A DNA stretch of 64,000 bases from Candidatus Poribacteria bacterium. Lineage in GTDB: Bacteria; Poribacteria; WGA-4E; PCPOR2b. A program made the translations under genes and the position numbers. Shown piece after piece: positions 42,608 through 53,021 of the stretch. Numbering within the stretch: the first letter of the stretch is position 1; each line of letters opens with the position of its first letter. The notes beneath the pieces were generated by a model. It saw only the letters and a program-made list of their open reading frames with translations. It was not told where the DNA came from and did not search any database. Where the stretch lies: the NCBI GenBank assembly GCA_965116925.1, contig OZ220744.1:3232001-3296000 (forward strand), written 5' to 3'.

Positions 42608-43591
42608 CTACTTAGTTGTCTTAATTTCTCCCCAAAGCGTTGGGGTCCGTCCCTGTGGGGAGACCGGCAGACGCGGATTCCATTCATGTGGCGATTCATG
42701 TGGTGCGAAGTTGTCATGAATATCATCTGTCAACTGATGCTCGTTACCTTTTGGGTGTGGCAGCCGGTAGATATTCCAGTGGTCATCTTCCTTGCCAACA
42801 TAGAGGATAGATTTTCCATCAGGAGAGAAAGCAGAACCGATAACAGGTATAAGCAGTGAAATCGCCAGTTCACCGAATACCTGCTGTATCCACCCCGGCT
42901 CGTTTGGTGCCAGCGTGGCGACCATAAGAAATACATCATCAAAGCGTCCGTCAATAGTCTGTGTATACAGAATTTGCTGTCCATCAGGCGACCATCCGTG
43001 CAGAATCACCATATCTCGACCGCCAACGTCGGTTACCTGCCATTGGTGAGAACCATCGGCATTGACGATATAGATCTGCCGAACCTTATCGTTGCCTGCT
43101 TCAAAGGCAATCCGCGTTCCATTAGGCGACCACTTCGGTTTTGAAGCGACGGGAAAGAATAAATCTGTTATTTGCTGCACATTATTCCCGTCGGTATCCA
43201 TCACGAAAATATCATGCTTTTTACCGCCCTCCCGGTCACTCGCAAAGGCAATTCGCTCTCCATCGGGATGCCAGTCAGGGAAGGCATCATACCCTGGATG
43301 ATGGGTCAGATTGCGTTGGCTGCTGCCATCAGCGTTCATTACATAAATCTCATCATTTCCAGCCCGATCACTATGGAACGCAATCTGTCGTCCATCAGGA
43401 GACCAAGTGGGATAAACATCACTTGCTGGATTGAATGTCAACCGTGTCTGATTGCTGCCATCTAATTTCATCTTATAGATTTCATTGTTCCCATCTCGTG
43501 TGGAATAAAACACTATCTTACCATAGAGAGGACTCGTAGCAAGCCAAAGGCAAGCCACGGCGATAATAATACGCATAATAAACACCTCCAT
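42608..43591 (-). CDS. Secreted TolB-like beta-propeller
   Basis: WSPDG repeats, WGEIK tail; start may be 43576. Confidence 0.88.
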   Translation of the reverse strand: MEVFIMRIIIAVACLWLATSPLYGKIVFYSTRDGNNEIYKMKLDGSNQTRLTFNPASDVYPTWSPDGRQIAFHSDRAGNDEIYVMNADGSSQRNLTHHPGYDAFPDWHPDGERIAFASDREGGKKHDIFVMDTDGNNVQQITDLFFPVASKPKWSPNGTRIAFEAGNDKVRQIYIVNADGSHQWQVTDVGGRDMVILHGWSPDGQQILYTQTIDGRFDDVFLMVATLAPNEPGWIQQVFGELAISLLIPVIGSAFSPDGKSILYVGKEDDHWNIYRLPHPKGNEHQLTDDIHDNFAPHESPHEWNPRLPVSPQGRTPTLWGEIKTTK

Positions 43592-43624
43592 TTACCCATT
43601 GCTGAACAAAACGCCTAGGCAACA

Positions 43625-43707
43625 TACAAGAACCGTGCCAATCTCCGATACCGTGTCTCTTCGGCTCCACAGCGATATTAACCGTGCAAGTGTCCAATAA
43701 ATGAACA
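43625..43707 (-). promoter_or_regulatory. Sigma-54-like promoter plus TGT-N11-ACA site
   Basis: Minus strand TGGCACGGTTCTTGTA (43625-43640); tgtccaataaatgaaca at 43691-43707. Confidence 0.4.
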
Positions 43708-43888
43708 GGGGTGTTCATGAAATGCCCCCTTCTAAATCCGTCCTCAACGAGTTGAGGGATTCAAAGTAGCTTGTGGCCCCCCTATTGGATTTATCCGTGT
43801 TTTCACGTTTCACGCATCACGTTTCGCTCATTACGTTTCACGTTTTAACTTTTTTATGGTATTTTACATAAAAAACATATAAAAACAT

Positions 43889-43917
43889 TTGCAAAACTAT
43901 ATTGCTTGTGGTATCAT
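43889..43917 (+). promoter_or_regulatory. Sigma-70 promoter of the moaA-suf operon
   Basis: TTGCAA-17-TATCAT with extended -10. Confidence 0.55.
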
Positions 43918-43974
43918 TAACGCCCGGAATCAAACTTAAACTCAACTAATTAACCCTGTGTGCCCACCCACAAA

Positions 43975-44973
43975 ATGACGAACACACGACTTATTGACAG
44001 CTTCAATCGAGAACATACGAACCTACGCATCTCCGTAACCGATCAGTGTAACTTCCGCTGCATCTACTGTATGCCGGAAGATATGCAGTTCATGGAAGAT
44101 GACGCGATCATGACGTTTGACGAAATTGTGCATCTTGCGCGTATCTTCGTCGATCTGGGAATCAATAAGATCCGGCTTACAGGTGGAGAACCGTTAGTTC
44201 GTCGCGGGGTGCCAGAGCTAATCAAGCAGCTTGGAGAAATCAAAGGGTTGAAAGATATCAGCTTAACCACAAACGGCATTGGCTTAATCACGCAGGCGAA
44301 AGACCTCTACGATGCCGGGCTGCGCCGAATCAATGTCAGCCTTGATACACTCGATGAGGCAAAATTTGAGCAGATGACGCGCCGCAAGGTGCTTTCAAAG
44401 GTCTTAGAGGGGCTGCAAGAGGCGCAACGTTGCGGGTTTGATCCAATCAAAGTGAATGCGGTAGCAATGAAGGGCTTTACCGACGATGAGATCGTTGACC
44501 TTGCAAAATTTGCCCGTGACAATGCTTACCAACTCCGGTTCATCGAGTTCATGCCCTTAGATGCGGACGACATCTGGGGACGGAATATGTTCATTCCGGG
44601 CAAAGAAATCATCAATAAAATTGATGCAGTCTATCCCCTAAATCCAGCCAGCATGAACGGCGATGCGAAACATGATCCAGCAAAGCTTTACCAATTTGAT
44701 GACGGTAAGGGGGATGTCGGGTTTATCTCGTCCGTGACCGAACCGTTTTGTGAACAGTGCAATCGGATCCGTCTCACCGCCGACGGTCAGTTGCGGACAT
44801 GTCTATTTTCTATTACAGAAACAGATCTGTTGACCCCACTACGCGCCGGTGCCCCCGACGAAGCTATTGGGGACCTGATTGTTGAATCGGTAAAACAGAA
44901 AGAAGCGGGACACCAGATTAACGCAGTGAACTTTGTCAAACCGAAACGAAACATGTCGATGATTGGCGGTTAG
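43975..44973 (+). CDS. moaA: GTP 3',8-cyclase (radical SAM)
   Basis: CNFRCIYC, TGGEP, CEQCNRIR..C, C-terminal SMIGG. Confidence 0.96.
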   Translation: MTNTRLIDSFNREHTNLRISVTDQCNFRCIYCMPEDMQFMEDDAIMTFDEIVHLARIFVDLGINKIRLTGGEPLVRRGVPELIKQLGEIKGLKDISLTTNGIGLITQAKDLYDAGLRRINVSLDTLDEAKFEQMTRRKVLSKVLEGLQEAQRCGFDPIKVNAVAMKGFTDDEIVDLAKFARDNAYQLRFIEFMPLDADDIWGRNMFIPGKEIINKIDAVYPLNPASMNGDAKHDPAKLYQFDDGKGDVGFISSVTEPFCEQCNRIRLTADGQLRTCLFSITETDLLTPLRAGAPDEAIGDLIVESVKQKEAGHQINAVNFVKPKRNMSMIGG

Positions 44974-45019
44974 AGGCATTGCGGACTTATAATATACAGA
45001 AGGAGTCGAACAAGAATTA

Positions 45020-45850
45020 ATGAGTACCGAACTAGTTATCAAAGATTTACATGTCAGCGTGGAAGACCAACCGATCATCAAAGGCTTGAACCTAAATGTC
45101 AAACAGGGTGAAATCCACGCACTTATGGGACCGAATGGATCCGGCAAGAGCACCCTTGCCAACGCACTGATGGGGAATCCGTTCTATACGATTGATTCCG
45201 GGGAAGTTACCATTGGCGGAGAGAATATCCTTGAATTGGACCCAAATGAACGCGCAAAGTTAGGGCTTTTCTTGGCGTTTCAATATCCAACTGCAATCCC
45301 CGGCGTCAGCATGGCGAACTTCCTTCGCATGGCGGTGAGTGCCGTGCGGTCTGAAGATTCAAATGGGTCAGATGCAACGGAACTTATCCCGATGCGAGAG
45401 TTTCGCCGTGAGCTGCGTGCAAAGATGAAACAGCTCGGCGTTGATGAATCGTTTGCACGACGCTACCTCAACGACGGGTTCTCCGGGGGCGAGAAGAAAA
45501 GAGCCGAAGTCCTACAACTGGCAATGCTCGAACCCAAGATCGCCATCCTCGACGAAACCGATTCAGGATTGGATATCGACGCAGTCCGGATCGTTGGCGA
45601 AAGCGTCAATCAACTGATTGGTCCAAACCTCGGTGTGCTGATTATTACCCACTACCCGCGCCTGCTCAACTACATCCGTCCGCAGTTCATACACATTCTG
45701 CTAGACGGAAGAGTGGTCGAATCCGGAGGCTGGGAACTCGCTGAGTTGTTAGAGGAGAAGGGGTACGATCCCATTCGTGAGGCACACGGTCTCACAGAGG
45801 CTGTTGTCGAAGCTGAACCTGAAGATACATTGCCCTCTCTAAGAGCATAA
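45020..45850 (+). CDS. sufC: Fe-S assembly ATPase SufC
   Basis: GPNGSGKST, AFQYP, FSGGEKKR, DETDSGLD. Confidence 0.97.
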   Translation: MSTELVIKDLHVSVEDQPIIKGLNLNVKQGEIHALMGPNGSGKSTLANALMGNPFYTIDSGEVTIGGENILELDPNERAKLGLFLAFQYPTAIPGVSMANFLRMAVSAVRSEDSNGSDATELIPMREFRRELRAKMKQLGVDESFARRYLNDGFSGGEKKRAEVLQLAMLEPKIAILDETDSGLDIDAVRIVGESVNQLIGPNLGVLIITHYPRLLNYIRPQFIHILLDGRVVESGGWELAELLEEKGYDPIREAHGLTEAVVEAEPEDTLPSLRA

Positions 45851-45856
45851 AAACAA

Positions 45857-45970
45857 GGCTCATGTAAAAAGAAAGCGCAAAATACCGAAAGAAACCGTAG
45901 GCGGGGCATCTTGCCCCGCCCGTCCGTGCCAAAAACTCGGTTTCTGTTACACGATTTCTTAGCATGAACC
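45857..45970. mobile_element. MITE family C (GGCTCATG termini) with 8-bp target duplication
   Basis: ggctcatg...catgaacc flanked by AAAAACAA on both sides; carries a GTAG-REP. Confidence 0.8.
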
Positions 45971-46014
45971 AAAAACAAAACAGATCCACCGAAAGCGGAA
46001 AGGAAATACGAAAA

Positions 46015-47436
46015 ATGGCAGAACAAGAAAAGCCGAACGAAACTGTAGACATCGGCGTAAGCGACGAGTATAAATACGGATTTCACGATGATGTTAAGCC
46101 TGTTTTCAAATCACGAAAGGGTCTTGATACTGAGGTCATCAACGAGATGTGTGATGTCAAAGGCGAACCCGATTGGATGCGTGAATACCGGCTGAAAGCC
46201 TATGAAATCTTCAAGCAGAAGCCCGATCTGAAATGGGGCGGCGACCTCTCTGACCTCGACTACGACGACATCTACTACTACGTCAAAGCCTCCGACCGGG
46301 TCGAGCGGAGTTGGGACGATGTCCCCGACGACATCAAGAAAACCTTTGATCGACTCGGTATCCCGGAAGCGGAACGAAAATTCCTCGCCGGTGTTGGTGC
46401 CCAATACGATTCAGAGGTTGTCTATCACAACATCGAAGAAGAGTTGGAGAAGATTGGCGTTATCTTCGTCGATACCGATACAGCTATCCGTGAATATCCG
46501 GATCTGGTCAAAGAGTATTTCGGCACTGTGATCCCGTCCGCGGATAATAAACTTGCCGCGCTCAACTCGGCGGTCTGGTCGGGTGGCTCTTTCATCTATG
46601 TCCCGCCCGGCGTAAAAGTCGATTATCCGTTGCAGGCGTATTTCCGCATCAACAGCGAAAACATGGGGCAGTTTGAGCGGACGCTGATTATTGCCGACGA
46701 AGGGGCGGAAGTCCATTACGTCGAAGGCTGCACGGCACCCACCTTTTCCAGCGAGTCGTTGCACAGTGCTGTCGTTGAGATTATCTGCAAGAAGGGATCG
46801 CGGGTGCGCTACACCACCATCCAAAACTGGGCGAATAATGTATACAATCTCGTAACCAAGCGAGCGACCGCTTATGAAGATGCTCACATGGAATGGATCG
46901 ACGGTAACCTCGGCTCAAAACTCACGATGAAATACCCAAGCATCTACATGATGGAGCCCGGTGCACACGGAGAAATCCTCTCAATCGCGTTTGCAACCCA
47001 AGGACAACATCAGGACGCCGGCGGTAAAGTCATCCACTGCGCCCCGAACACCAGTTCGCGTATCACCTCCAAGTCGATTAGCAAGGACGGAGGTCGTTCC
47101 AGCTATCGTGGCGAGCTCAAGGTGCTTAACGGTGCGAAGGGGTGTAAGTCCAATGTCGAATGTGATGCCTTAATCCTCGATGAAGACTCTCGATCCGATA
47201 CCTATCCCGTTATCCAGATTGACGCAGACGATGTGAACGTCGGGCACGAAGCACGTGTCAGCAAAATTGGCGAGGAACAGCTCTTCTATCTGATGAGCCG
47301 TGGGCTATCCGAAGAGGAAGCCTCAACCATGATCGTCAACGGATTCATCGAACCGCTCGTAAAGGAACTCCCGATGGAATACGCGGTCGAAATGAACCGC
47401 CTGATCCAACTCCAAATGGAAGGTTCAGTTGGATAG
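46015..47436 (+). CDS. sufB: Fe-S assembly scaffold SufB
   Basis: [31 protein letters not shown] at 46015. Confidence 0.97.
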   Translation: MAEQEKPNETVDIGVSDEYKYGFHDDVKPVFKSRKGLDTEVINEMCDVKGEPDWMREYRLKAYEIFKQKPDLKWGGDLSDLDYDDIYYYVKASDRVERSWDDVPDDIKKTFDRLGIPEAERKFLAGVGAQYDSEVVYHNIEEELEKIGVIFVDTDTAIREYPDLVKEYFGTVIPSADNKLAALNSAVWSGGSFIYVPPGVKVDYPLQAYFRINSENMGQFERTLIIADEGAEVHYVEGCTAPTFSSESLHSAVVEIICKKGSRVRYTTIQNWANNVYNLVTKRATAYEDAHMEWIDGNLGSKLTMKYPSIYMMEPGAHGEILSIAFATQGQHQDAGGKVIHCAPNTSSRITSKSISKDGGRSSYRGELKVLNGAKGCKSNVECDALILDEDSRSDTYPVIQIDADDVNVGHEARVSKIGEEQLFYLMSRGLSEEEASTMIVNGFIEPLVKELPMEYAVEMNRLIQLQMEGSVG

Positions 47437-47478
47437 AACGGGACAACCAAAGGGTTCACTCAATTTAGAGGAAATGAC

Positions 47479-47721
47479 GTGGCAACAGTCACCCTTGACG
47501 AAATTCAACGTGATTTCTTGGGTTGTCTTCATCGCGTTCAAGCCGGCGAAACGCTTGTTATTGTGCAAGTTGACAAGCCTATAGCGGCAATCAAACCGAT
47601 TGAGACAAATCAGACGCAAGAACTTCGCCCTTTTGGCTTGTGTGCGGGTGAATTTCGGGTTCCTGATGACTTTGATGATCCGTTGCCAGAAGAGATTATC
47701 AGGCAATTTGAGGGCAAATGA
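47479..47721 (+). CDS. Phd/YefM-type antitoxin
   Basis: V.AGETLVI..KPIA, RPFGL.GEF.VPDDFDDPLP; overlaps the PIN gene. Confidence 0.85.
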   Translation: MATVTLDEIQRDFLGCLHRVQAGETLVIVQVDKPIAAIKPIETNQTQELRPFGLCAGEFRVPDDFDDPLPEEIIRQFEGK

Positions 47722-48101
47722 ACCTCTTGCTGGATACACACATTTTCCTTTGGTTTATCAGTGGAGATGCACGTCTATTGGATTCTCTGAGACAAATCAT
47801 TCGCAATCCGGAAAATGATGTCTATCTGAGTGTCGTTTCGATTTGGGAAGTGATAATCAAACACGGATTAGGTAAATTGCCGCTACCTGAACCACCAGAG
47901 ATTTATCTTCCGAAACAACGAAGGCTGCATTTGATTCAGAGTTTGCCGGTAGACGAAGATAGCGTTAGCCAGCTGAGCAAATTGCCGCTACTTCACCGGG
48001 ACCCATTTGATCGGATGTTAATCTCTCAGGCGTTACAGTATAATCTGACAATTGCGACTGTAGACAATGCTATTCGTGCTTATCCGGTTCCGGTTATTTG
48101 A
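47718..48101 (+). CDS. vapC: PIN-domain toxin (VapC family)
   Basis: LLDTH, SIWE, HRDPFDR, T.D. Confidence 0.92.
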   Translation: MNLLLDTHIFLWFISGDARLLDSLRQIIRNPENDVYLSVVSIWEVIIKHGLGKLPLPEPPEIYLPKQRRLHLIQSLPVDEDSVSQLSKLPLLHRDPFDRMLISQALQYNLTIATVDNAIRAYPVPVI

Positions 48102-48139
48102 TATTAATACACTATTGTTAGAGAAAGACGGAGAACGAA

Positions 48140-49537
48140 TTGCCTTCAGAATTAAACCACAATCCCCCTTACGAGGCTCAAGCGGGGGATTTTTCACGAG
48201 AATTTGTAGAGCATATATCCAAAACGCAAGACGAACCCCGTTGGATGCGCGAGCGGCGTTTGGCAGCGTTTGACGTTTACGATCGCCTGCCAATTCCCAA
48301 GACGCCCAATGAGGATACGTGGAAGCGGACGACGGAAATGCACGTACAGGACTATTGGCGTCGCACAGACCTACGTCCCTTCAAGCTAGATCGGTATCAC
48401 CCGATTTCATTTTCGCCTTCCGAATCCGCTGAGGGTGCTCCACTGTCCGATGCGCTAGCGAATCGACTGGCATCTTTGAACGGAGAGCCGGGGCAGATAG
48501 TTCAGCAAGATGGCGTTGTTCGTAATGTCGCGTTGTCGGGAGACCTTGAACGTAAAGGCGTCTACTTCGCGGATATGAACACCGCTTTGAGGGAACGTCC
48601 AGAGTTGGTCGAATCCCATTTTATGACCAAAGCCGTTCCAGTCGATTGGAACAAGTTCGACGCGCTCCACGGCGCATTCTGGCAAGGTGGCTATCTGTTA
48701 CATGTTCCGCGAGGTGTCGTCCTCGAAGTACCATTGCGTGTGTTTGTCGCGCTCTCTGAAGCGGGACGGACAGATCTGTCGCATACCCTGATTGTTGCTG
48801 ATGAGGGTAGCCAAGTCACGGTTTTGGAGGAACATCTTTCGGGGGACACGGATACGCCCGGATTACACTGTGGTGCCGTCGAAATTTTTGTCGCAGACAA
48901 CGCTCACGTAAACTACGTCGGGGTCCAAAGATGGAATCTCCGAACCTGGAATTTTTCGACACAACGGGCGATGATTGGGAGAGACGCTCAGTTGCGTTGG
49001 GTGTCGAGCGCACTGGGAAGTCGTGTGAGCAAACTCAATCAGTTATCAGTTTTGGAGAAGCCGGGAAGTCACTCCGAGATGCTCGGATTGACCTTTACAC
49101 ACGCCCGTCAGCACCTCGATATTCACACATATCAAGACCATCAAGCACCACACACAACAAGCGACCTGCTCTATCGCACCGTCCTCAAGGATCGTTCGCG
49201 GAGTGTGTGGGCGGGTATGATCCATGTCCACCCCGGTGGTCAACATACAGACGCCTATCAGAAAAACGATAACCTGATGCTAAGTGACCATGCCCGCGCA
49301 GACCCCCTGCCCGGACTCGAAATTTTAGCCAGTGAGGGCATCCGTTGTACGCACGGCGCGACTGCGGGGCCCATCGATAAAGATCAGGTGTTTTACCTCA
49401 TGAGTCGTGGCTTATCTCACGACGCAGCAGAACGGTTGATTGTTGACGGCTTTTTTGAACCTGTGATGCAGAGAATTTCGTTAGAATCGGTTCGGACGCA
49501 ACTTCAGCAGTCAATCGATCATAAATTGGCGATGTAA
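48140..49537 (+). CDS. sufD: Fe-S assembly protein SufD
   Basis: P.LEI...CTHGATAG, FYLMSRG. Confidence 0.93.
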   Translation: MPSELNHNPPYEAQAGDFSREFVEHISKTQDEPRWMRERRLAAFDVYDRLPIPKTPNEDTWKRTTEMHVQDYWRRTDLRPFKLDRYHPISFSPSESAEGAPLSDALANRLASLNGEPGQIVQQDGVVRNVALSGDLERKGVYFADMNTALRERPELVESHFMTKAVPVDWNKFDALHGAFWQGGYLLHVPRGVVLEVPLRVFVALSEAGRTDLSHTLIVADEGSQVTVLEEHLSGDTDTPGLHCGAVEIFVADNAHVNYVGVQRWNLRTWNFSTQRAMIGRDAQLRWVSSALGSRVSKLNQLSVLEKPGSHSEMLGLTFTHARQHLDIHTYQDHQAPHTTSDLLYRTVLKDRSRSVWAGMIHVHPGGQHTDAYQKNDNLMLSDHARADPLPGLEILASEGIRCTHGATAGPIDKDQVFYLMSRGLSHDAAERLIVDGFFEPVMQRISLESVRTQLQQSIDHKLAM

Positions 49538-49631
49538 CCGTGCGAAAACCACAGCGCGTTTACCGTAGTTTTCACGTTTCACGTTTTACGTTTCACTCTC
49601 CACACTTTTCAAAATTGAAAGGAACCTAACA

Positions 49632-50006
49632 ATGAGTCAGCCAACAATTACCGCTTATATGAAACCTGTTTGCGGTTGGAGCAACGGTGTCCGCGCGATC
49701 TTCCAAAAATATGGATTGGAATACGACGATCGCGACATCATTAACAACGCAGATAACTATCGTGAAATGGTCGAGAAAAGTGGTCAGCCACTTCAGCCGA
49801 CAATCGAAATCAACGGCGAGATTATCGCCGATGTCAGCGGCGACGAGGTGGAAGCATACCTTATCGCAAAAGGCTATGTCCAACAGAATGATGCCGATGC
49901 TGGCGTGCCGACAGACGCGGCATGTGAAGATCACGGCGAGACAGTCGATGTCTCATTCTCAGGTGGAAAATTGACCAACTGGGCAAGCAACCTGTTTTCA
50001 AAGTAA
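49632..50006 (+). CDS. Monothiol glutaredoxin-like protein (CGWS)
   Basis: KPVCGWS, SGQ..QPTIEING. Confidence 0.85.
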   Translation: MSQPTITAYMKPVCGWSNGVRAIFQKYGLEYDDRDIINNADNYREMVEKSGQPLQPTIEINGEIIADVSGDEVEAYLIAKGYVQQNDADAGVPTDAACEDHGETVDVSFSGGKLTNWASNLFSK

Positions 50007-50020
50007 GTCAACCATACTTA

Positions 50021-50117
50021 TAGTGAAGTCTAAAAATAAATAGACACTTTCGCCCCCGGTAGGTGCGGTTTCCAACCGCACCGGTTTGGGGTGTCTCATT
50101 AATTCTAAGGTCCACCA
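50021..50117. mobile_element. MITE family A (short form)
   Basis: TA-flanked, one central GTAG-REP. Confidence 0.85.
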
Positions 50118-50127
50118 TAAAACGTGG

Positions 50128-50216
50128 GGCTCATGCAAAAAGACGGTGTAAACCACGAATAGAAACCGAGTTTTTTCTTGAAAACTCGGTTTCTGTTGCA
50201 CTTCTTAACATGAGCG
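50128..50216. mobile_element. MITE family C
   Basis: ggctcatg...catgagcg with an internal agaaaccgag hairpin. Confidence 0.7.
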
Positions 50217-50477
50217 AATATCAGGATTCAAGGATATTATCTTTCTTATCCTTGAACCCTTAAATCCCGATAAGGGTTAGTAGGCATAGATAGAATCTTC
50301 ACGGATTTTTCCTTGCTTTCAATCCGTGTGTGCAACTTTTGTCGCACACAACTTTCACCATCAATTACCGATTGCCTTTGTAAACGTTTTCTATTTGTAG
50401 CTGGATAATTTATTGTTCCTTCACAAGCGAACAATAAATGTTAACCTTATAGATTGATCCATTGCAGATTAAAAACA

Positions 50478-51638
50478 ATGCGAACTTTAATGGATTTAAT
50501 CCAATTTATACGTGAGAATCCCCCGCCAGGACAGTCCTGGCGGAAGAAGCGATGGGAAACAGAGTTATCAACAGAAATACCAAATTGGAAAGAGCTCGTA
50601 AAAAAGTCAATCCGGGGCTGGTACAGTATAGACCGGGACTGGGACGATATAGAATACTTCATATCCAGAAAAAAAAGAGGTTTCTCGGCATTGCGTGAAA
50701 CTTTTGTAGAGGCCGGCGGATTAGAATTGGCGAAAAGATGGCTGTGTTCCCAAGCTTCTTATAAATCTTCTTATCTAAAAGAAGCTGCGAAGAAATGGTT
50801 CCTTAGTAATATACACATGTGGAGTAAATTCAATTGGGAAATAAAAAATCAGATAATATTTGATTTTTTTGCCGACGGAAAGTACCTTCCTTTACCCAAA
50901 AAAGTTGAAAGCTTGCGTTCCATTATGGCAGCTGCTGGCGATAAAGTCTATTTGGCGAGACTTGATGAAACGATTTCTCGACGTGTAAAAGCGTATCCAG
51001 TCACTTCATTTCAGCATCCGATATACAGTCCTAAGAACCATGAAGAGAAGTTGATTGCGCGGTTAATGGAAATAACACGCCAAAGCGGGTATTTGCCCTC
51101 CACCTTGCCATCAATTTTTAGGTCTTCCGAGATACCGCCAATTCTTCTTACTCATCCTGAATTGGAAGAGGAGGAAGAACAGAAAAAGCCCAAAATTTCG
51201 ATTGAAAACCTACTTGGGTTCTATGACCACCAACTCCAGCAAATCATTATTTATAAAAAAGGAATCAAGTGGTTGGGAGGAAAGGGTTTTGACGAAGAAT
51301 GGTTGTCTGCTGTTGTCCTGATCCATGAAATTGGACACTGGATTACCCATCAACTTCCCAAACCGGGAGGAGTGCCCACGTGGCCAACAGACTTATACGC
51401 TTCAAGCGAAAGAGATGTTCACGAAGGTTGGGCACAGTTAATCACATGGTGGATTGCTGATCAAGTCGGGGGGGAGTTTAAACATACCTTTGAAGAACTG
51501 AATAAATGTCAACCTCCGCCTTACCAAGTCTTTAAACAGTTTAAAGAGGAGCCGAAAGACAAGGTAATGGCATCCCTTGAAAAATTAAGACGTCTTCAAC
51601 GTTCAGCTTACCTTGAAGATTGGAAAAATGCACTTTAA
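50478..51638 (+). CDS. Hypothetical protein with C-terminal gluzincin-like zinc metallopeptidase motif
   Basis: IHEIGHW...HEGWAQ; AT-rich; start uncertain. Confidence 0.6.
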   Translation: MRTLMDLIQFIRENPPPGQSWRKKRWETELSTEIPNWKELVKKSIRGWYSIDRDWDDIEYFISRKKRGFSALRETFVEAGGLELAKRWLCSQASYKSSYLKEAAKKWFLSNIHMWSKFNWEIKNQIIFDFFADGKYLPLPKKVESLRSIMAAAGDKVYLARLDETISRRVKAYPVTSFQHPIYSPKNHEEKLIARLMEITRQSGYLPSTLPSIFRSSEIPPILLTHPELEEEEEQKKPKISIENLLGFYDHQLQQIIIYKKGIKWLGGKGFDEEWLSAVVLIHEIGHWITHQLPKPGGVPTWPTDLYASSERDVHEGWAQLITWWIADQVGGEFKHTFEELNKCQPPPYQVFKQFKEEPKDKVMASLEKLRRLQRSAYLEDWKNAL

Positions 51639-51734
51639 GAATGAAAGCGTTTCTTGGGTTTGAATGTCAAAAACGTCAACAGGTTCATGAGATAAAAAAC
51701 GCTGATAAGTTTTGCGTTTTAATTCACTTAAAAT

Positions 51735-53021
51735 TTGAAACAAATTGGAATCCCAATGTACGATCAACCTATGAATGCTCCTACACTCAATACGTTTGAT
51801 GTCGAAGCTATCCGAAACGATTTTTCCATTCTAAAAGGGGAAAACGATCTACCCCTGATCTATCTGGACAGTGCTGCGACCTCCCAAACACCGGATTGCG
51901 TCATTGAGGCGATGGATGCGTATTACCGGACCTACAACTCAAATATCCATCGGGGCATCTACCGAATCTCTGAGGAAGCGACCGCCAAGTATGAGGAAGC
52001 ACGAAAGCAGATCGGTCGTTTCATCAACGCCCGTCGTTCCAGCCAGATCATCTTTACACGAAACACCACCGAGTCAATCAACCTAGTTGCATATAGTTGG
52101 GGGAGTGCCAATCTCCGAGAGGGCGATGAAATTCTTGTCACGGTCATGGAACACCACAGCAACCTCCTGCCGTGGCAGTTGCTATCCCAACGCACCGGAG
52201 CAAAACTGCGGTTTATTGAAATCACCGACGAAGGAGTATTGCAGCTTGATGATTTGGACGAATTGCTGACAGAGCGCACCAAGATAGTTGCGATGACGCA
52301 TGTTTCCAACGTCCTCGGTACTATCAATCCTGTTCAAGAACTTATAGCCGCTGCCCATGCTGTCGGCGCGAAAGTGCTAATTGATGGCGCACAGAGTGTG
52401 CCGCATTTCGACGTAGATGTGCAGGAGCTAGATTGCGATTTTCTCGCTTTTTCAGGGCATAAAATGTGCGGTCCCACCGGCGTCGGTGTCCTGTACGGCA
52501 AGTCAGACCTCTTAGAGGAGATGCCACCATTTTTGGGCGGCGGTTCGATGATCCGTGCTGTCCAGCGCGAAAGTTCGACCTACGCCGATGTCCCAGCCAA
52601 ATTTGAAGCTGGAACACCAGCCATTTCAGAAGCAATCGGACTTGCCGCTGCTGTAGACTATCTCAGCAAAGTTGGCTTAGAAGCAATCTTCGTGCATGAG
52701 CAAGAGTTACTTGAATATGCACATCAGAAGCTCAGCGAGATCGAGGGCATTACCATTTACGGACCCAAGCCCCGGCAAAAAACAGGAGCAATCACATTTA
52801 ACTTGGAGGGTATCCACCCCCACGACTTAGCAGGCGTCCTAGATACAGTTGGAGTTGCAGTCCGCGCCGGACATCACTGTGCACAACCGCTCATGCAGAA
52901 ATTTGGAGTTATCGCTACAGTCCGCGCAAGTTTCTACCTTTACAACAAACTTGAGGAGATCGATACCCTGCATGAAGGATTGCTGAAAGCCCAACGTATG
53001 CTGACGCGGAGACGAAGATGA
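51735..53021 (+). CDS. sufS: Cysteine desulfurase SufS
   Basis: DSAATSQ, SGHKM, RAGHHCA; start may be 51756. Confidence 0.96.
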   Translation: MKQIGIPMYDQPMNAPTLNTFDVEAIRNDFSILKGENDLPLIYLDSAATSQTPDCVIEAMDAYYRTYNSNIHRGIYRISEEATAKYEEARKQIGRFINARRSSQIIFTRNTTESINLVAYSWGSANLREGDEILVTVMEHHSNLLPWQLLSQRTGAKLRFIEITDEGVLQLDDLDELLTERTKIVAMTHVSNVLGTINPVQELIAAAHAVGAKVLIDGAQSVPHFDVDVQELDCDFLAFSGHKMCGPTGVGVLYGKSDLLEEMPPFLGGGSMIRAVQRESSTYADVPAKFEAGTPAISEAIGLAAAVDYLSKVGLEAIFVHEQELLEYAHQKLSEIEGITIYGPKPRQKTGAITFNLEGIHPHDLAGVLDTVGVAVRAGHHCAQPLMQKFGVIATVRASFYLYNKLEEIDTLHEGLLKAQRMLTRRRR

